Shown one piece after another: positions 49,877 to 62,730 of a stretch of 64,000 nt of DNA (within the stretch, counting starts at the first letter, position 1; each line of letters begins with the position of its first letter). The stretch spans positions 5,566,806-5,630,805 of the forward strand of contig NC_057757.1 of NCBI RefSeq assembly GCF_004010195.1, in the 5' to 3' direction. Origin of the DNA: Chiloscyllium plagiosum. Its lineage: Eukaryota. Both the position numbers and the translations under genes were made by a program. A model generated the notes under the pieces. It was given only the letters and a program-made list of their open reading frames with translations. It was not told the DNA's origin and searched no databases.

Positions 49877-50707
49877 GTGCGTCCAATCAGCCAGATGTAC
49901 CTGATAGAACATGAGTTCCCTGATTGGGGCTATTAATCTGATCCAATCAGGGAGCCCTGGCTGACAGATACAAATAGGAATGTCCTGCAGATTGCGATGG
50001 TTCACGGACTCCCAGCCCAACTGCTTGTTCTGTGGCGCTATGGAGTCCGTGGACCACGTGTATATTGGGTGTGGGTGTTTGCACTCCCATTTTGATTTTC
50101 TTAAAAAATTTCCTCTGTTTTTGGTTGCACTTCAGTCCCACGCTCCTGATCTTCGGGCACCCGGTGCGAGGGAGGGAGGGCAGGTCCGAAGACCTCCTCG
50201 TGGGTCTGCTCCTGGGCCTGGCCAAACTAGCCATAAACAGGTCGTGGAGGGGGTCATTAGGGCCGACTGCCTGCCCCTCTTCCGCAGTTACGTTAGGGCC
50301 TGGGTGTCCTTGGAGAAGGAGCACGCGGTGTCCACCAACATCCTGGAGTTGTTCAGGGAGAGGTGGGTGCCGCAGTTGATGTGAAGGGCACTGCTTGTCA
50401 CTGGCCACTCGGGTGTTTCCTTTCTTCCTGGTGATGGGATATAAATAAAAATTTACACACTTGTTGTTCCTCACTGTCTGTCACCTGCACACACACACGA
50501 CATGGATGCAGGGGGAAAATAAGCAACACCGCAGTTCGGTGGTAGTGTGGGGTAAAAAAATAAGAAAAATAAACAAATAGGAGGTTCTGTTCCCACTCTG
50601 TGAGCTGACTCTGAGGCAGCTTGGCTCAGTGTCAAGCACTCTCCACCACTCTGTAGATAAAGGGCGACTTGATGATGGGATATCAGCCTCTGTGGAGTTT
50701 CGTTTCA
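49877..50707 (+). mobile_element. LTR-like element (CCAAT boxes, TATA-like site, ...TTTCA end) split by a LINE insertion
   Basis: Repeated ccaatcag/ctgattgg boxes, gacagatacaaatagga TATA-like site, gataaa and terminal gtttca. Confidence 0.55.
49980..50572 (+). mobile_element. 5'-truncated Tx1-like L1-clade element (ORF2 C-terminus, 3' UTR, A-rich tail) with 10-bp TSD
   Basis: CLFCGAMESVDHVYIGC zinc-knuckle motif, LLLGLAKLAINRS, A-rich tail; acaaatagga at 49970-49979 and 50573-50582. Confidence 0.8.
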
Positions 50708-51429
50708 GAATCGTTCACTGTATTTCCCCAAGTCTGGTGTCATGGTCCCCAGTGCTAATGGGTATAAGGTGAAAAGCTTCACTTCTGTGGATCCTTTTAA
50801 CAAAGCTTAAGACTCCGAGGCTGTTTGTGTACACTTGTTGGAAAGCTAGGCCCTGTTCAAGTACAGATGTCACGTTTCCATTCCGTGCAGGACCACGACC
50901 TGGGAGTGGAACTGTCCAGAGCCCGAGGTTCGACCAGGATGAATTAGTCAGCTGTTAGTGGAACAGCCTTTGGCCTCTTGCTGCCTCTGGAGCTGAGGGG
51001 CCCACATCCACTCCTGCCTTAGTGAGCAAGAACTTGAGAAAATAGATCTGCTCATGTGAGAGCTCTGGCACCTCCATCCCATTTGAAATTATAACACATA
51101 TATGTCACTAGTGTGCCAGACTGACTCAATTATCGTATCAATACATCTGCAGTGCAGGGGTTGGTAACTGACAATGAAAAAGCAGCATCTGAAACTAATA
51201 ATTAGTCTCTAACTGACCTTCAGGGTTAAGGGCAACTCCACTCACGGTGACCTTAACCTTCAACAGATTAAATCTGTTGCCTCTAGTGGACAAGTCACAC
51301 AGGGACAGACAGCAGAATATGAAACAGACTATTACATGGTATATTGCAAAGCCAGGGAAAATTTGCTTATGAATAATTAGCTGTAGCAATTGTTCAAAGC
51401 TACTAATGGGTTGGAGTCATCGAAATCAC

Positions 51430-51830
51430 GGCATCCCTACAGTGTGGAAGCAGGCCATTCGGCCCACCTAGTCCACACAACCCATCCAAACCCACCCCCT
51501 ACCCCACGGCCAATCCAGCCTGACGAAGGGCTCTTCCCCAAAACATCGAATCTCCTGCTCCTCGGACGCTGCCTGACCGGCTGTGCTTTCCCAGCGCCAC
51601 ATTCTCCACCCTGATCTCCGGCATCTGCAGCCCTCACTTTCTCCTAGTTAACCCACCTAGCGCCTGCACATCCTTCGGCAAGATACGGCAATTTGGCATG
51701 GCCATTTCACCCTACCTGCACATCTTTGGGAGGAAACCCACGCAGACACGAGGAGACCCGAGGGCGGAACTGAACCCGGGTCTCTGACGCTGTGAGACAG
51801 CAGTGCCAACCACTGAGCCACCATGCTGGC
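51430..51830 (-). mobile_element. HE1 SINE interrupted by a Penelope terminal module (+, ~51518-51645)
   Basis: SINE tail and head separated by cctgacgaagggc...gcatctgcagccctcactttctcc. Confidence 0.75.
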
Positions 51831-51956
51831 CTGGGTTCTAGTATTTGTCAGTTCACAATCGGGCTACATGCCCTGGGATACAAGCAGTCTGATTCCCTGC
51901 ACAGGTTTAACAGGCTGGCAGTGACCAAGTGCAACACAGCCTTAATCCCACACTCA

Positions 51957-52097
<141 letters not shown>

Positions 52098-52204
52098 TTA
52101 GGAAGCAACATGATTACAGCAGAATGGCTGGTTCATTGAGACATGTCCCACACAGGGGTGGAATCCATCACACTTAATGGTAGGGCCTTGGGACACAAGT
52201 ACAT

Positions 52205-53840
52205 GGTGCTTTGAAAGTTGAGTCAAAGTTGAGTCGGGGTGATGAAGAAAAGGTTTGGTATGCTTGCCTCTATTGGTCAGTGCATCGAGTGTAGGAGTTG
52301 GGTGGTCATGTTGCAGCTCTACAGGACATTGATATACAAGGCACTTATGGAAGGCTGCAGTCAATTCAGGTCTCCCTGCTACAGGAAAGAAACTGTTAAA
52401 CTTGAAAGGACCCGAAAGATTGACAAGGATGTTGCCGGGGTTGGAGGGTTTGAGCTATAGGGAGAGGCTGGGGCTGTTTTCCCTGAAACATCGGAGGCTG
52501 AGAGGTGACCTTATAGAGGTTTATAAAATCAAGCTGGGCAAGGATAGGATAAATATTTAAGGTCTTTTCTCAGGGTAAGGGAGTCCAAAACTAGAGGTCA
52601 TAGGTATCCAATGAGAGGGGAAAGACTTGAAAGAGGGTGGTGTATATAATAAATGAGCTGCCAGAGGAAGTGGTGGAGGCTGGTACAATTACAACATTTA
52701 AAAGGCATCTGGATGGGTATATGAATAGGAAGGGTTTAGAGGAATATGGGCTAAAAGCTGGCAAATGACACTAGATTAATTTAGGATATCTGGCTGGCAT
52801 GGGTGAGTCATAGTGATGTACAGCATGGAAACAGGCCTTTCAGTCCAACCTGTCCATGCCAACCAGATATCCCAACCCAATCTAATCCCATCTGCCAGCA
52901 CCCGGCCCATATCCCTCCAAACCCTTCCTATTCATATACCCATCCAAATGCCTCTTAAATGTTGCAATTGTACCAGCCTCCACCACTTCCTCTGGCAGTT
53001 CATTCCATACACGTACCACACTTTGCGTGAAAACGTTGCCCCTTAGGTCTCTTTTATATCTTTCCCCTCTCACCCTAAACCTATGCCCTCTAGTTCTGGA
53101 CTTATCCTATCCACGCCCCTCATAATTTTGTAGACCTCTATAAGGTCACCCCTCAGCCTCCAACGCTCCAGGGAAAACAGCCCCAGCCTGTTCAGCCTCT
53201 CCCTTTAGCTCAAATTCTCCAACCCTGGCAACATGCTTGTAAATCTTTTCTGAACCCTTTCAAGTTTCGCAACATCTTTCCGATAGGAAGGAGACCAGAA
53301 TTGCATGCAATATTCCAACAGTGGCCTAACCAATGTCCTGTACAGCCGCAACATGACCTCCCAACTCCTGTACTCAATACTCTGACCAATAAAGGAAAGC
53401 ATACCAAACGCCTTCTTCACTATCCTATCTACCTGCGACTCCACTTTCAAGGAGCTATGAACCTGCACTCCAAGGTCTCTTTGTTCAGCAACACNNNNNN
53501 NNNNNNNNNNNNNNNNNNNNNNNNNNNNNNNNNNNNNNNNNNNNNNNNNNNNNNNNNNNNNNNNNNNNNNNNNNNNCAATCAAGTTTGTGAGACATGATT
53601 TCCCACGCACAAAGCCATGTTGACTATCCCTAATCAGTCCTTGCCTTTTGAAATACATGTACATCCTGTTCCTCAGAATTCCCTCCAACAACTTGCCCAC
53701 CACTGAGGTCAAGCTCACTGGTCTATAGTTCCCTGGCTTGTCTTTACTGCCCTCCTTAAACAGTGGCACCACGTTTGCCAACCTCCAGTCTTCTGGCACC
53801 TCACCTGTGACTATCGATGATACAAATATCTCAGCAAGGG
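52205..53840. mobile_element. Tail-to-tail CR1/HER1 fragments (+ 52205-52803; - 52806-53840, with gap)
   Basis: KKAFGMLSFIGQSIEYRSWEVML and PEDWRLANVVPLFK..PGNYRPVSLTS..SQHGFVRGKSCLTNL motifs. Confidence 0.9.
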
Positions 53841-53859
53841 TCTGTTTCCACAGTGTACA

Positions 53860-54470
53860 GCTCTATGACTCTACGACCAAGGCACATCTCCCAGACCTGT
53901 TTCCTAGGCCAGCTCCATCTCCCAGGTCCATTTCCTAGGCCTACCCCATCTCCTAGGCCTGTTTCTTAGGCCAGCCTCATCTCCCAGGCCCGTTTCCTAG
54001 GCCAGCCCCAACTCCCAGGTCCTCTATGACTCTACGACCAAGGCACATCTCCCAGACCTGTTTCTTAGGCCAGCCTGATCTCCCAGGCCCGTTTCCTAGG
54101 CCAGCCCCAACTCCCAGGTCCATTTCCTAGGCCTGCCCCATCTCCCAGACCCGTTTCCTAGACCAGCCCGATCTCCCAGGTCCATTTCCTCGGCCAACCC
54201 CATCTCCCTGGCCCGTTTCCTAGGCCAACCCCATCTCCCTGGCCCGTTTCCTAGGCCAGCCCCATCTCCCAGGCCCGTTTTCTAGGCCAGCACCATCTCC
54301 CAGGCCTGTTTCCTAGGCCAGCACCATCTCTCAGGCCTGTTTCCAAGGCCAGCACCATTTCCCTGGCCTGTTTCCTAGACCAGCTCCATCTCCTAGGCCC
54401 ATTTGCTAGGCCAGCCTCATCTCCCAGGCCCGTTGCCTAGGCCAGCCCCATCTCCCAGGCCCGTTTCCTC
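53860..54470 (+). repeat. 31-bp minisatellite (catctcccaggcccgtttcctaggccagccc), ~18 copies
   Basis: Visible tandem units; the lead-in ctctatgactctacgaccaaggca occurs twice. Confidence 0.9.
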
Positions 54471-55330
54471 GACCTGTTTCTCAGGTTTGATGCTAGGCCA
54501 GCCTGACTCCCATCTTGATTTTCAGGCTTATGGCCCAGTCATACGTCCCAGTCTCAGAGTACTGTTTCCGAGGCCTGACTCCCAAATCCATCTCCCAGGC
54601 AAAACCCAGATCCAAGACAAAACAACTCCCAGATCTCCATTTCCTCGGCGTGACTCCAAACGCTATCTATAAGACCTGTCTTCAAGACATGACTCCTAGA
54701 TCTTTTTCCTGATCTTCTAAGACCATACTGCGGACTATTGATAGATTACCCCCACTCACCAACTTCCCAAATCTAAAATCATCTCTTCCTATCGAAACAG
54801 TGCCTTGGTTAAAGCACAAAGGTAAATAAATTCCAAATGTTCCATTCATTTCCTTCAGGTCTATCCCAATTTTCCCAGACCCATCTCCCTTTATACACCC
54901 TCCTAGACCTATCAAGCCTGGTCCAAATCTATCCCCTCAGCCCATCCTCCAGCTCTGTTTCTCAGTCCTATCTCGTGGCTATCCACCAGTCCTGTTTCTG
55001 TCCCACTATGTGGCTTTATTCGTCAGGAGTGCCCTGTCTCTTAGAAATGCCCCTTCCCTAATTGTTGGCCCCTCCCTCAGCTTCTTTCCACCCGTCTGAA
55101 GCATCGACAGAGTTTAGTTTGACATGTTTGTCTGAGGTGCTTACATTAGTCTCTTAGACAGCAGTCAATCAGACTGGAAGGACGAATTATGTAGCATAGA
55201 ACAGTACGGCACAGGAACGGGCCCTTTGGCCCACAATGTTGTGTTGAACACAATTAAACTAATCCCTCCTGCCTGCTCTTGGTCCATATCTCTCCACTCC
55301 TTGCATTTTCATGTTAATATTGAAAAGTTA

Positions 55331-55648
55331 TGGGCGGCACGGTGGCACAGTGGTTAGCACTGCTGCCTCCCAGCGCCAGAGACCTGGGTTCAATTCCCGC
55401 CTCAGGCGATTGACTGTGTGGAGTTTGCACGTTCTCCCCGTGTCTGCGTGGGTTTCCTCCGGGTGCTCCGGTTTCCTCCCACAGTCCAAAGATGTGCAGG
55501 TCAGGTGAATTGGCCATGCTAAATTGCCCGTAGTGTTAGGTAAGGGGTGAATGTAGGGGTCTGGGTGGGTTGCGCTTCAGCGGGTCGGTGTGGACTTGAT
55601 GGGCCAAAGGGCCTGTTTCCACACTGTAAGTAATCTAATCTAATCTAG
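55331..55648 (+). mobile_element. Young full-length HE1 V-SINE
   Basis: gggcggcacggtggcacagtggttagc A box, gggttcaattcc B box, V-domain, (taatc)n tail. Confidence 0.92.
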
Positions 55649-56265
55649 TCTCCAGATCATGTGAATGAAACGTCCCTACTGATGATAAAATTATGTTCTT
55701 TTTCACAATAGGAAGAACAGAAAGCCACTCAGCCCCTCAATTTACTTCTGCAATTCAATTTTTTTCAAATTCTTTTACGGCTTATGGGTGTCAGTGTTTG
55801 GTGGCAACATTTGTCGCTCGTTTCTTGAGGTGATGGGGAGTTGCCACTTTGAACAGCTGCAAGTTCCTGTGTTATACAGGGACACTTACACAGTGCCATT
55901 AGGGAGGGGATTGCAGGATTTCGACCCAGTGATACAGAAGAAAGACTGACGTATTTCTGACTCAAGGTGGAATATGTGGCTGGTGATGCTCCCTGGGTCT
56001 GCTTCCTCCTCGATGGTAGCGGTCGTGGGGTTTGGAAGGTGCGGTTGGAGAGCTTAAGAAGCAGGAACAGTAGTGGGTCATTTAGCCCATCAAGCCATTC
56101 CAAGTGATGTGGCAAACCCAGCTACAACTCAGTGGCAGTGGTGAAGGAGTGAACGCTGGAGGTGGTGGATGAGGTGGGGCAGCTTCTTCCTGGACCAGCA
56201 CCTTAATCCCACCTACCTACCCAGACTGCGTCACCCTCCCTGACAAAATAAAAGGTGGTACTCAC

Positions 56266-56327
56266 TGTTCGTCGTACGGTGAGTCAGAAACTTGCAGAAC
56301 AGAAGCTTGGAAATCCTGGATTACTTC
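56266..56327 (-). CDS. ACTL6B: ACTL6B exon: EVIQDFQASVLQVSDSPYDE(Q)
   Basis: AG/GTGAGT boundaries, 62 bp, phase 0/2; EVIQ and DSPY match recalled ACTL6B rather than ACTL6A (CVIQ, DSTY). Not in the ORF track. Confidence 0.93.
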
Positions 56328-57292
56328 CTGTCCATCCCAAAGAAAGAAGACAATTGTTCATCATCGCGCTCTGCGGACAATCAGGAATATCTCCTCTCCA
56401 GTTAAAAGCGGGAAAATTCCGAGTGGGAAATCCCATCGTGTTATCATTTCCCCCTTCCGTTCACAGGGGTCTCACTCCCCCTATCTCACAAGGCACAGAA
56501 GACAAGCCAATACCCATGGTGAAAAAAACAGCAAGGGGGGATATTTCTGCAATTGGACCCATCCCCATTCCACATAGGAAGCAATGGAGGCAGAGCTCAC
56601 CCAGCATGCAATGCAGCCGCGAAAGCCCTCTATATTAAACCCTGATGGTCCCTGCCCTGATGAATGGTCCTAACCCAAAACGTGGATTTTCCTGCTCCTC
56701 CGACTCTGCCTTTCCAGCTCCACTCTTTATCAACTCTGGACTTCCTCTCCACCGTCTGCAGCTCAGCACAACCCCACAACAGGACGTGGGTCTCGAATGG
56801 CCCTCCACAACCCCACGCACCCCACATTCCCGCCTCCCAGTGTCTGTCCTTTGGGTGGGATTCAAGACATTGTGTGCCGGTGGGCTACTCAACCAGGCAT
56901 GGCCTGGAGCCTCCACAAATCAAAGATCGACCTCTAGGACCCCATAGCAGGCTAAGCCCCGGGGGGAAAAAAAAACCAAAGAGAGTTTTCAAACTTTTAC
57001 AATTTGTTGCGTCTGAAAATATTCACGGACAAGGAGAGGCCGTTTCACGTGAATCATCCGATTGGATAAACTGAAACTCTTTGTGCGTTTCAATTGGTTA
57101 GAGAGGAGGTGGGGTGCAGTGAAAATAGATGTCTCGGGCAGCCAATGGCATCATGTTAGAGGCAGGGCAGTTGGGAACAGGAAGGTCATGTGATTGAAAC
57201 TTGTGAGGTGAGACACCTGCCAACATGCCCTCCAACCCTTTCACCGCCCCCACCCCCCCCCCCCCCCAAACCGAGGGTCTGGTCTGACCTAC

Positions 57293-57382
57293 GTTGCACA
57301 TGTAATTGTGCCAGGATTTGGTGACGTAGCAGATCTTCTCCTTTCTCTTCCAATTCGGTGACGCACCTTCCCGAACGGGCTC
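57293..57382 (-). CDS. ACTL6B: ACTL6B exon: [30 protein letters not shown]
   Basis: AG/GT boundaries, 90 bp, in frame with neighbours; EPVREGA and KSWHNYMCN are B-type. Confidence 0.92.
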
Positions 57383-57434
57383 CTGTACCAGTGAAAAGAT
57401 GGAGCAGAGTCGGCCACCATCCCAACCTTTCAGC

Positions 57435-59757
57435 ATAGAATCCCTACAGTGCGGAAGCAGGCCACTCAGCCCATCAAATCCACAGTGACCCTCTGAAGGG
57501 CGTCCCACCCAGACCCACCCCATCCTTGAAACCCTGCACTTCCCAACGGCCAATCCACCCTAACCTGCACATCCCTGGACACTATGAGACAATTTATCAT
57601 GGCCAATCCACCCTAACCTGCACATCCTGGGCACTATGGGTAATTTAGCACGGCCAATCCACCCTAACCTACACATCCTGGGCACTATGGGTAATTTAGC
57701 ACGGCCAATCCACCCTAACCTACACATCCTGGGCACTATGGGTAATTTAGCACGGCCAATCCACCCTAACCTACACATCCTGGGCACTATGGGTAATTTA
57801 GCACGGCCAATCCACCCTAACCTACACATCCTGGGCACTATGGGTAATTTAGCACGGCCAATCCACCCTAACCTACACATCCTGGGCACTATGGGTAATT
57901 TAGCACGGCCAATCCACCCTAACCTACACATCCTGGGCACTATGGGTAATTTAGCACGGCCAATCCACCCTAACCTACACATCCTGGGCACTATGGGTAA
58001 TTTAGCACGGCCAATCCACCCTAACCTACACATCCTGGGCACTATGGGTAATTTAGCACGGCCAATCCACCCTAACCTACACATCCTGGGCACTATGGGT
58101 AATTTAGCACNNNNNNNNNNNNNNNNNNNNNNNNNNNNNNNNNNNNNNNNNNNNNNNNNNNNNNNNNNNNNNNNNNNNNNNNNNNNNNNNNNNNNNNNNN
58201 NNNNNNNNNNNNNNNNNNNNNNNNNNNNNNNNNNNNNNNNNNNNNNNNNNNNNNNNNNNNNNNNNNNNNNNNNNNNNNNNNNNNNNNNNNNNNNNNNNNN
58301 NNNNNNNNNNNNNNNNNNNNNNNNNNNNNNNNNNNNNNNNNNNNNNNNNNNNNNNNNNNNNNNNNNNNNNNNNNNNNNNNNNNNNNNNNNNNNNNNNNNN
58401 NNNNNNNNNNNNNNNNNNNNNNNNNNNNNNNNNNNNNNNNNNNNNNNNNNNNNNNNNNNNNNNNNNNNNNNNNNNNNNNNNNNNNNNNNNNNNNNNNNNN
58501 NNNNNNNNNNNNNNNNNNNNNNNNNNNNNNNNNNNNNNNNNNNNNNNNNNNNNNNNNNNNNNNNNNNNNNNNNNNNNNNNNNNNNNNNNNNNNNNNNNNN
58601 NNNNNNNNNNNNNNNNNNNNNNNNNNNNNNNNNNNNNNNNNNNNNNNNNNNNNNNNNNNNNNNNNNNNNNNNNNNNNNNNNNNNNNNNNNNNNNNNNNNN
58701 NNNNNNNNNNNNNNNNNNNNNNNNNNNNNNNNNNNNNNNNNNNNNNNNNNNNNNNNNNNNNNNNNNNNNNNNNNNNNNNNATCAGCAAATTTGCTAATGT
58801 TACTATTAATACCATCTTTTATATCATTAATATATATTGTAAAAAGCTGCGGTCCCAGCACTGATCCCTGCGGTACCCCACTGGTCACTGCCTGCCATTC
58901 CGAAATGGAGCCGTTTATCACTACTCTTTGTTTCCTGTCAGCCAACCAACTTTCAATCCAAGTTAGTACTTTGCCCCCAATACCATGCACCCTAATTTTG
59001 CTCACTAACCTCCTATGTTTTCTGAAAGCTTTCTGAAAGTCCAGGTACACTACATCTACTGGATCTCCCTCGTCCATCTTCAAGAAGATTAGTCAAGCAT
59101 GATTTCCCCTTCATAAATCCATGCTGACTCTGACCAATCCTGTTACTACTATTCCAGATGTGTCGTAATTTCATCCTTTATAATAGACTCCAGCATCTTT
59201 CCCACCACTGAGGTCAGATTAACTGGTCTATAATTTCCTGTTTTCTCTCTCCCACCTTTCTTAAAAAGTGGTACAACATTAGCCACCCTCCACACGATGG
59301 GGCAATTTAGCACGGCCAATCCACCCTAACCTGTACAACCTTGGGCACTATGGGTAATTTAGCACGGCCAATCCACCCTAACCTGCACATCCCTGGGCAC
59401 TATGGGTAATTTAGCACGGCCAATCCACCCTAACCTGCACACCCCTGGACACTATGGGTAATTTAGCATGGCCAATCTACCCTAACCTGCTCATCCCTGA
59501 ACACCATGGGTAATTTAGCATGACTAATCGACCTAGCCTGCACATCTGTGGACGCTACGGGGCAATTTCTTATGGCCAATCCATCCTAATCTGCACATCT
59601 TCAGGCTGTGGGAGGAAACCGGAGCACCCGGAGGAAACCCACGCAGACACAGGGAGAATGTGCAAACTCCACACAGACAGCTGCCCGAGGCTGGAATTGA
59701 ACCTGGGACCCTGGCGCTGTGAGGCAGCAGTGTTAACCACTGAGCCGCCATGCCGCC
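57435..59757 (-). mobile_element. HE1 SINE with large internal 51-bp array (57550-58110, 59300-59600), a gap (58111-58780) and an embedded CR1 RT fragment (58781-59290)
   Basis: SINE tail at ~57435 and head at ~59750; identical 51-bp units between them; CR1 VYLDFQKAF/PQGSVLGP/SKFAD motifs. Confidence 0.85.
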
Positions 59758-60279
59758 CTGAATCTTCAACCCTGTGGAATTCTCTGCCACAAAAAGCATC
59801 TGAAGCCAAAGCATTGAATGTTCTCAGGACTAAAGAGATCAAAGGGTATGGGGAGTAACTGGGGAACAAGGTGCTGAGTATTGAATGGTGGAGCAGGTTT
59901 GAAGGGCTGAATGGCCTATTCCTGCTTCAACTTCCTGTGGAACCTTTTAGCTCAGATCACCACTGCTTCAGCCTTATTGTAGGGATATGGTTGATAATGG
60001 CCTTATTACTGAAATGGCAACACCGGAGCCTGGGCTAGAGGTTCTGTGACTGTTCAATACCCACCCGAGCAACTGGGGAAAGTTTAAATTAAATAACTCT
60101 GGAATAAAAGGCTCACCTCACTGAAAGTGATCGTGAAGCTAACAGACTGTTGTTAAAATCCATTTGGTTCACCAGTGCCCTTTGGGGAAAGGAAATCTGC
60201 TCTCCTTACCTAGTCTGGCCAACATACGACCCCTGACCAATAGAAATGTGGTTGACTCCTAAACAGCCTCTGAAATAGA

Positions 60280-60950
60280 GTCAGAGAGTCATACAGCACA
60301 GAAACAGACCCTTCGGCCCATGCCGACCATAATCCCAGATTAAACTCGTCCCACCTTGGCCCATATCCCTTTAAACACTTCCCATTTATGAACTTACCTA
60401 AATGCCTTTTAAACATTGTAACCGTACCCGCATCCACCACTTCCTATGAAAGGTCATTCCACACATGAACCACTCTCTAAATAAATTGTCTTTTTTTAGA
60501 TCTTTCTCCTCTCACCTTAAAAATACGTCCCCTAGTCTTGAAATCCACCACCCTAGGGAATAGACATCTGCCATTCACCTTATCTATACCCCTCAAGATC
60601 TTATAAATCTCGATTAAGGTCGCCCTTCAACACTCCAGTGAAAAAACTCCCAGCCTATCCAGCCTCTCCCTTACAACTCAAATCTTCCATTCCCTGATAA
60701 ATCTCTTCTGAACCCTTTCCAGCTTAATAATATCCTTCCTATAACAGGGTGAACACAACTGTGCTCAAACTTCCAGAATAGGCTTCACCATCGTCCTGTA
60801 CAACTTCAACATAATGTCTCAACTCCTATACTCCAAGGACTGAACAATGAAGCATGCTAAATGCCTTTGACCCAGTCCATCTGAATGCACTCTGATGCAT
60901 ACGTCAAAGAATTATCTACCTGAGCCCCTCAGTCTCTCTGTTCTATAGCA
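60280..60950 (-). mobile_element. CR1/HER1 3' fragment, diverged
   Basis: Typical tail and ORF2 C-terminal remnants. Confidence 0.8.
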
Positions 60951-61207
60951 CTACCTGAGATTGGCTGGGAAAACGACTCTGTTCAAAGCGCTGCTAGACT
61001 TGCCAGCAAAAAAATGCAGTGACGCAAACAAAACAAAAATTCCCACGATCTTAACTGGAGTTGCCAACATTCCCAGTTTGTAACTCAACAGGAGCAGGCC
61101 ATTCATCCCCTCCAACCTGTTCTGACATTCATTGAGTTTATAGATGATCTGTGCCTCAACCCGTCGTCCCACAATTGCTCCATACTCCTCAATACTGTAA
61201 GAATGTA

Positions 61208-61382
61208 CAGAGGAACATCGATTATCCGGTATTCGATTATCCAAATATCGGATTATCCGGCAACATCGCAAGGTCCTGATGCTCGGCTCAACTATGTTAT
61301 CCAGCATTCAATTATCTGGAATTCGATTAACCAAACCAAATACTCCCCTGCCAGTGTCCTTTAGATAGTTGAAGTTCCTCTG
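61208..61382. mobile_element. Tigger/pogo-type MITE
   Basis: TA flanks at 61206-61207 and 61383-61384; imperfect TIRs cagaggaacatcgattatc / gatagttgaagttcctctg. Confidence 0.8.
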
Positions 61383-62249
61383 TATAACTTTAAATTGAAT
61401 ATTTTTTTCTATTTTATGTGTTAAAAAGTGGGAGATGTGGTTTTAGTCTCATCTTTGAGTGTACTTATGGATTTGCCCTGGGGTATCTGGAGGTCTGTTT
61501 TGTTTCCATGCATTTCAATGAGACAAACCCTTGAGGTGAACAGCTCAGTGTAGTAGAAAGAAGGTAGAGGGGGAAAACTCTGCTGTCGAGTCTAGCGTCA
61601 GGGTCCAGTGGAGACAGAGAACGGTCGCAAAAGTGGCTCAATGTGGTGTATGCCAAAGAGTGAAAGATTTTCTGCACCCTAAGTTCAGGGAACTTAAGCT
61701 GTCACTTTGAGTGAAGTTTGCAGTTTGTTTTAGTCATCCTGGGGACAGACACTAGACAACGGGAAAATATCATGTAGTGATTGCAGAAATTCATCGAAAG
61801 GAAACTGGTTACAGCTGTACCTGCATGAGCCTGAGCAGGGAGCCACTGTGTGAAAATGGTGATATCACTTTTCTGAAGTTTTGTTGTTTGTGAGGATATT
61901 GCTGGGGTAAAATGAATGATGCAAACTCGAATCCTTTAATATAGTTAATATGTGGTGTAATATAGTTTGTGTGTTTATTCTGACTTAATAAACAATTTAA
62001 TTCTTTCAGTTAAATGTGTAAATGTTTTCAGTTACTGATTTCTACGGTTATTAAAAGAATTAGCATTTACAAGGTTTCACTCTGGGATCGGACTTGTCCA
62101 GTGTTAACATCAACTGCGATCATTAATAATGTCCTTACCCAATCAATATTATCCATCTCAGACTTAAATGTTCCACATAATACAGTCCTGAGTAACACCA
62201 GCTTTTTGGAAAACACTCTAGATTTCTATTGCACGTTGCATGGATAGCT

Positions 62250-62730
62250 TAACCCCTCCCTGGGTATCTGTATTTGATTATCTAAACTATCCGAACCCCT
62301 CACTTAAATTCCAGTCTGTAATTCACTCTGGGTATCTGCAATTGTATATACAAACCTCCCCAAATCCTCAATTAGATTCCAGTCTGTAACCATGTCTGGG
62401 TATCTGTTATTCTACATATAAATCACCCTGAACCCTTCAATTAGATTCCAGTCTGTAACTCATGTCTGGGTATCTGTTATTGTATATACAAATCCCCCAA
62501 ATCCTCGATTAGATTCCAGTCTGTAACTCACTCCTGGGTAAATGTTATTTTACATATAAACCACCCTGAACCCTTCAATTAGATTCCAGTCTGTAACTCA
62601 TGTTTGGGTATCTGTTATTCTACATATAAATCACCCTGAACCCTTCAATTATATTCCAGTCTGTAGCTCACTTCCAGGTATCTGTTATTGTATATTATTG
62701 AGTATATAACCCCCCCAAATCCTTTGATGA
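62250..62730 (+). repeat. ~70-bp minisatellite (attagattccagtctgtaactcatgtctgggtatctgttattctacatataaatcaccctgaacccttca), ~7 copies
   Basis: Visible tandem units next to an ACTL6B donor site. Confidence 0.9.

Noticed and set aside
55331..55400. tRNA-like sequences with A and B boxes
   Set aside because: They are heads of HE1 SINEs continuing into a V-domain and LINE-like tail, not tRNA genes.
57560..59083. 507-aa and 466-aa ORFs with 17-aa repeats
   Set aside because: Artefacts of reading through N runs, a CR1 RT fragment and a 51-bp SINE-derived array.
61415..62130. Possible additional solo LTR
   Set aside because: AATAAA and an LTR-like 3' end are present, but no definable TG..CA termini, TSD or second copy in the window.
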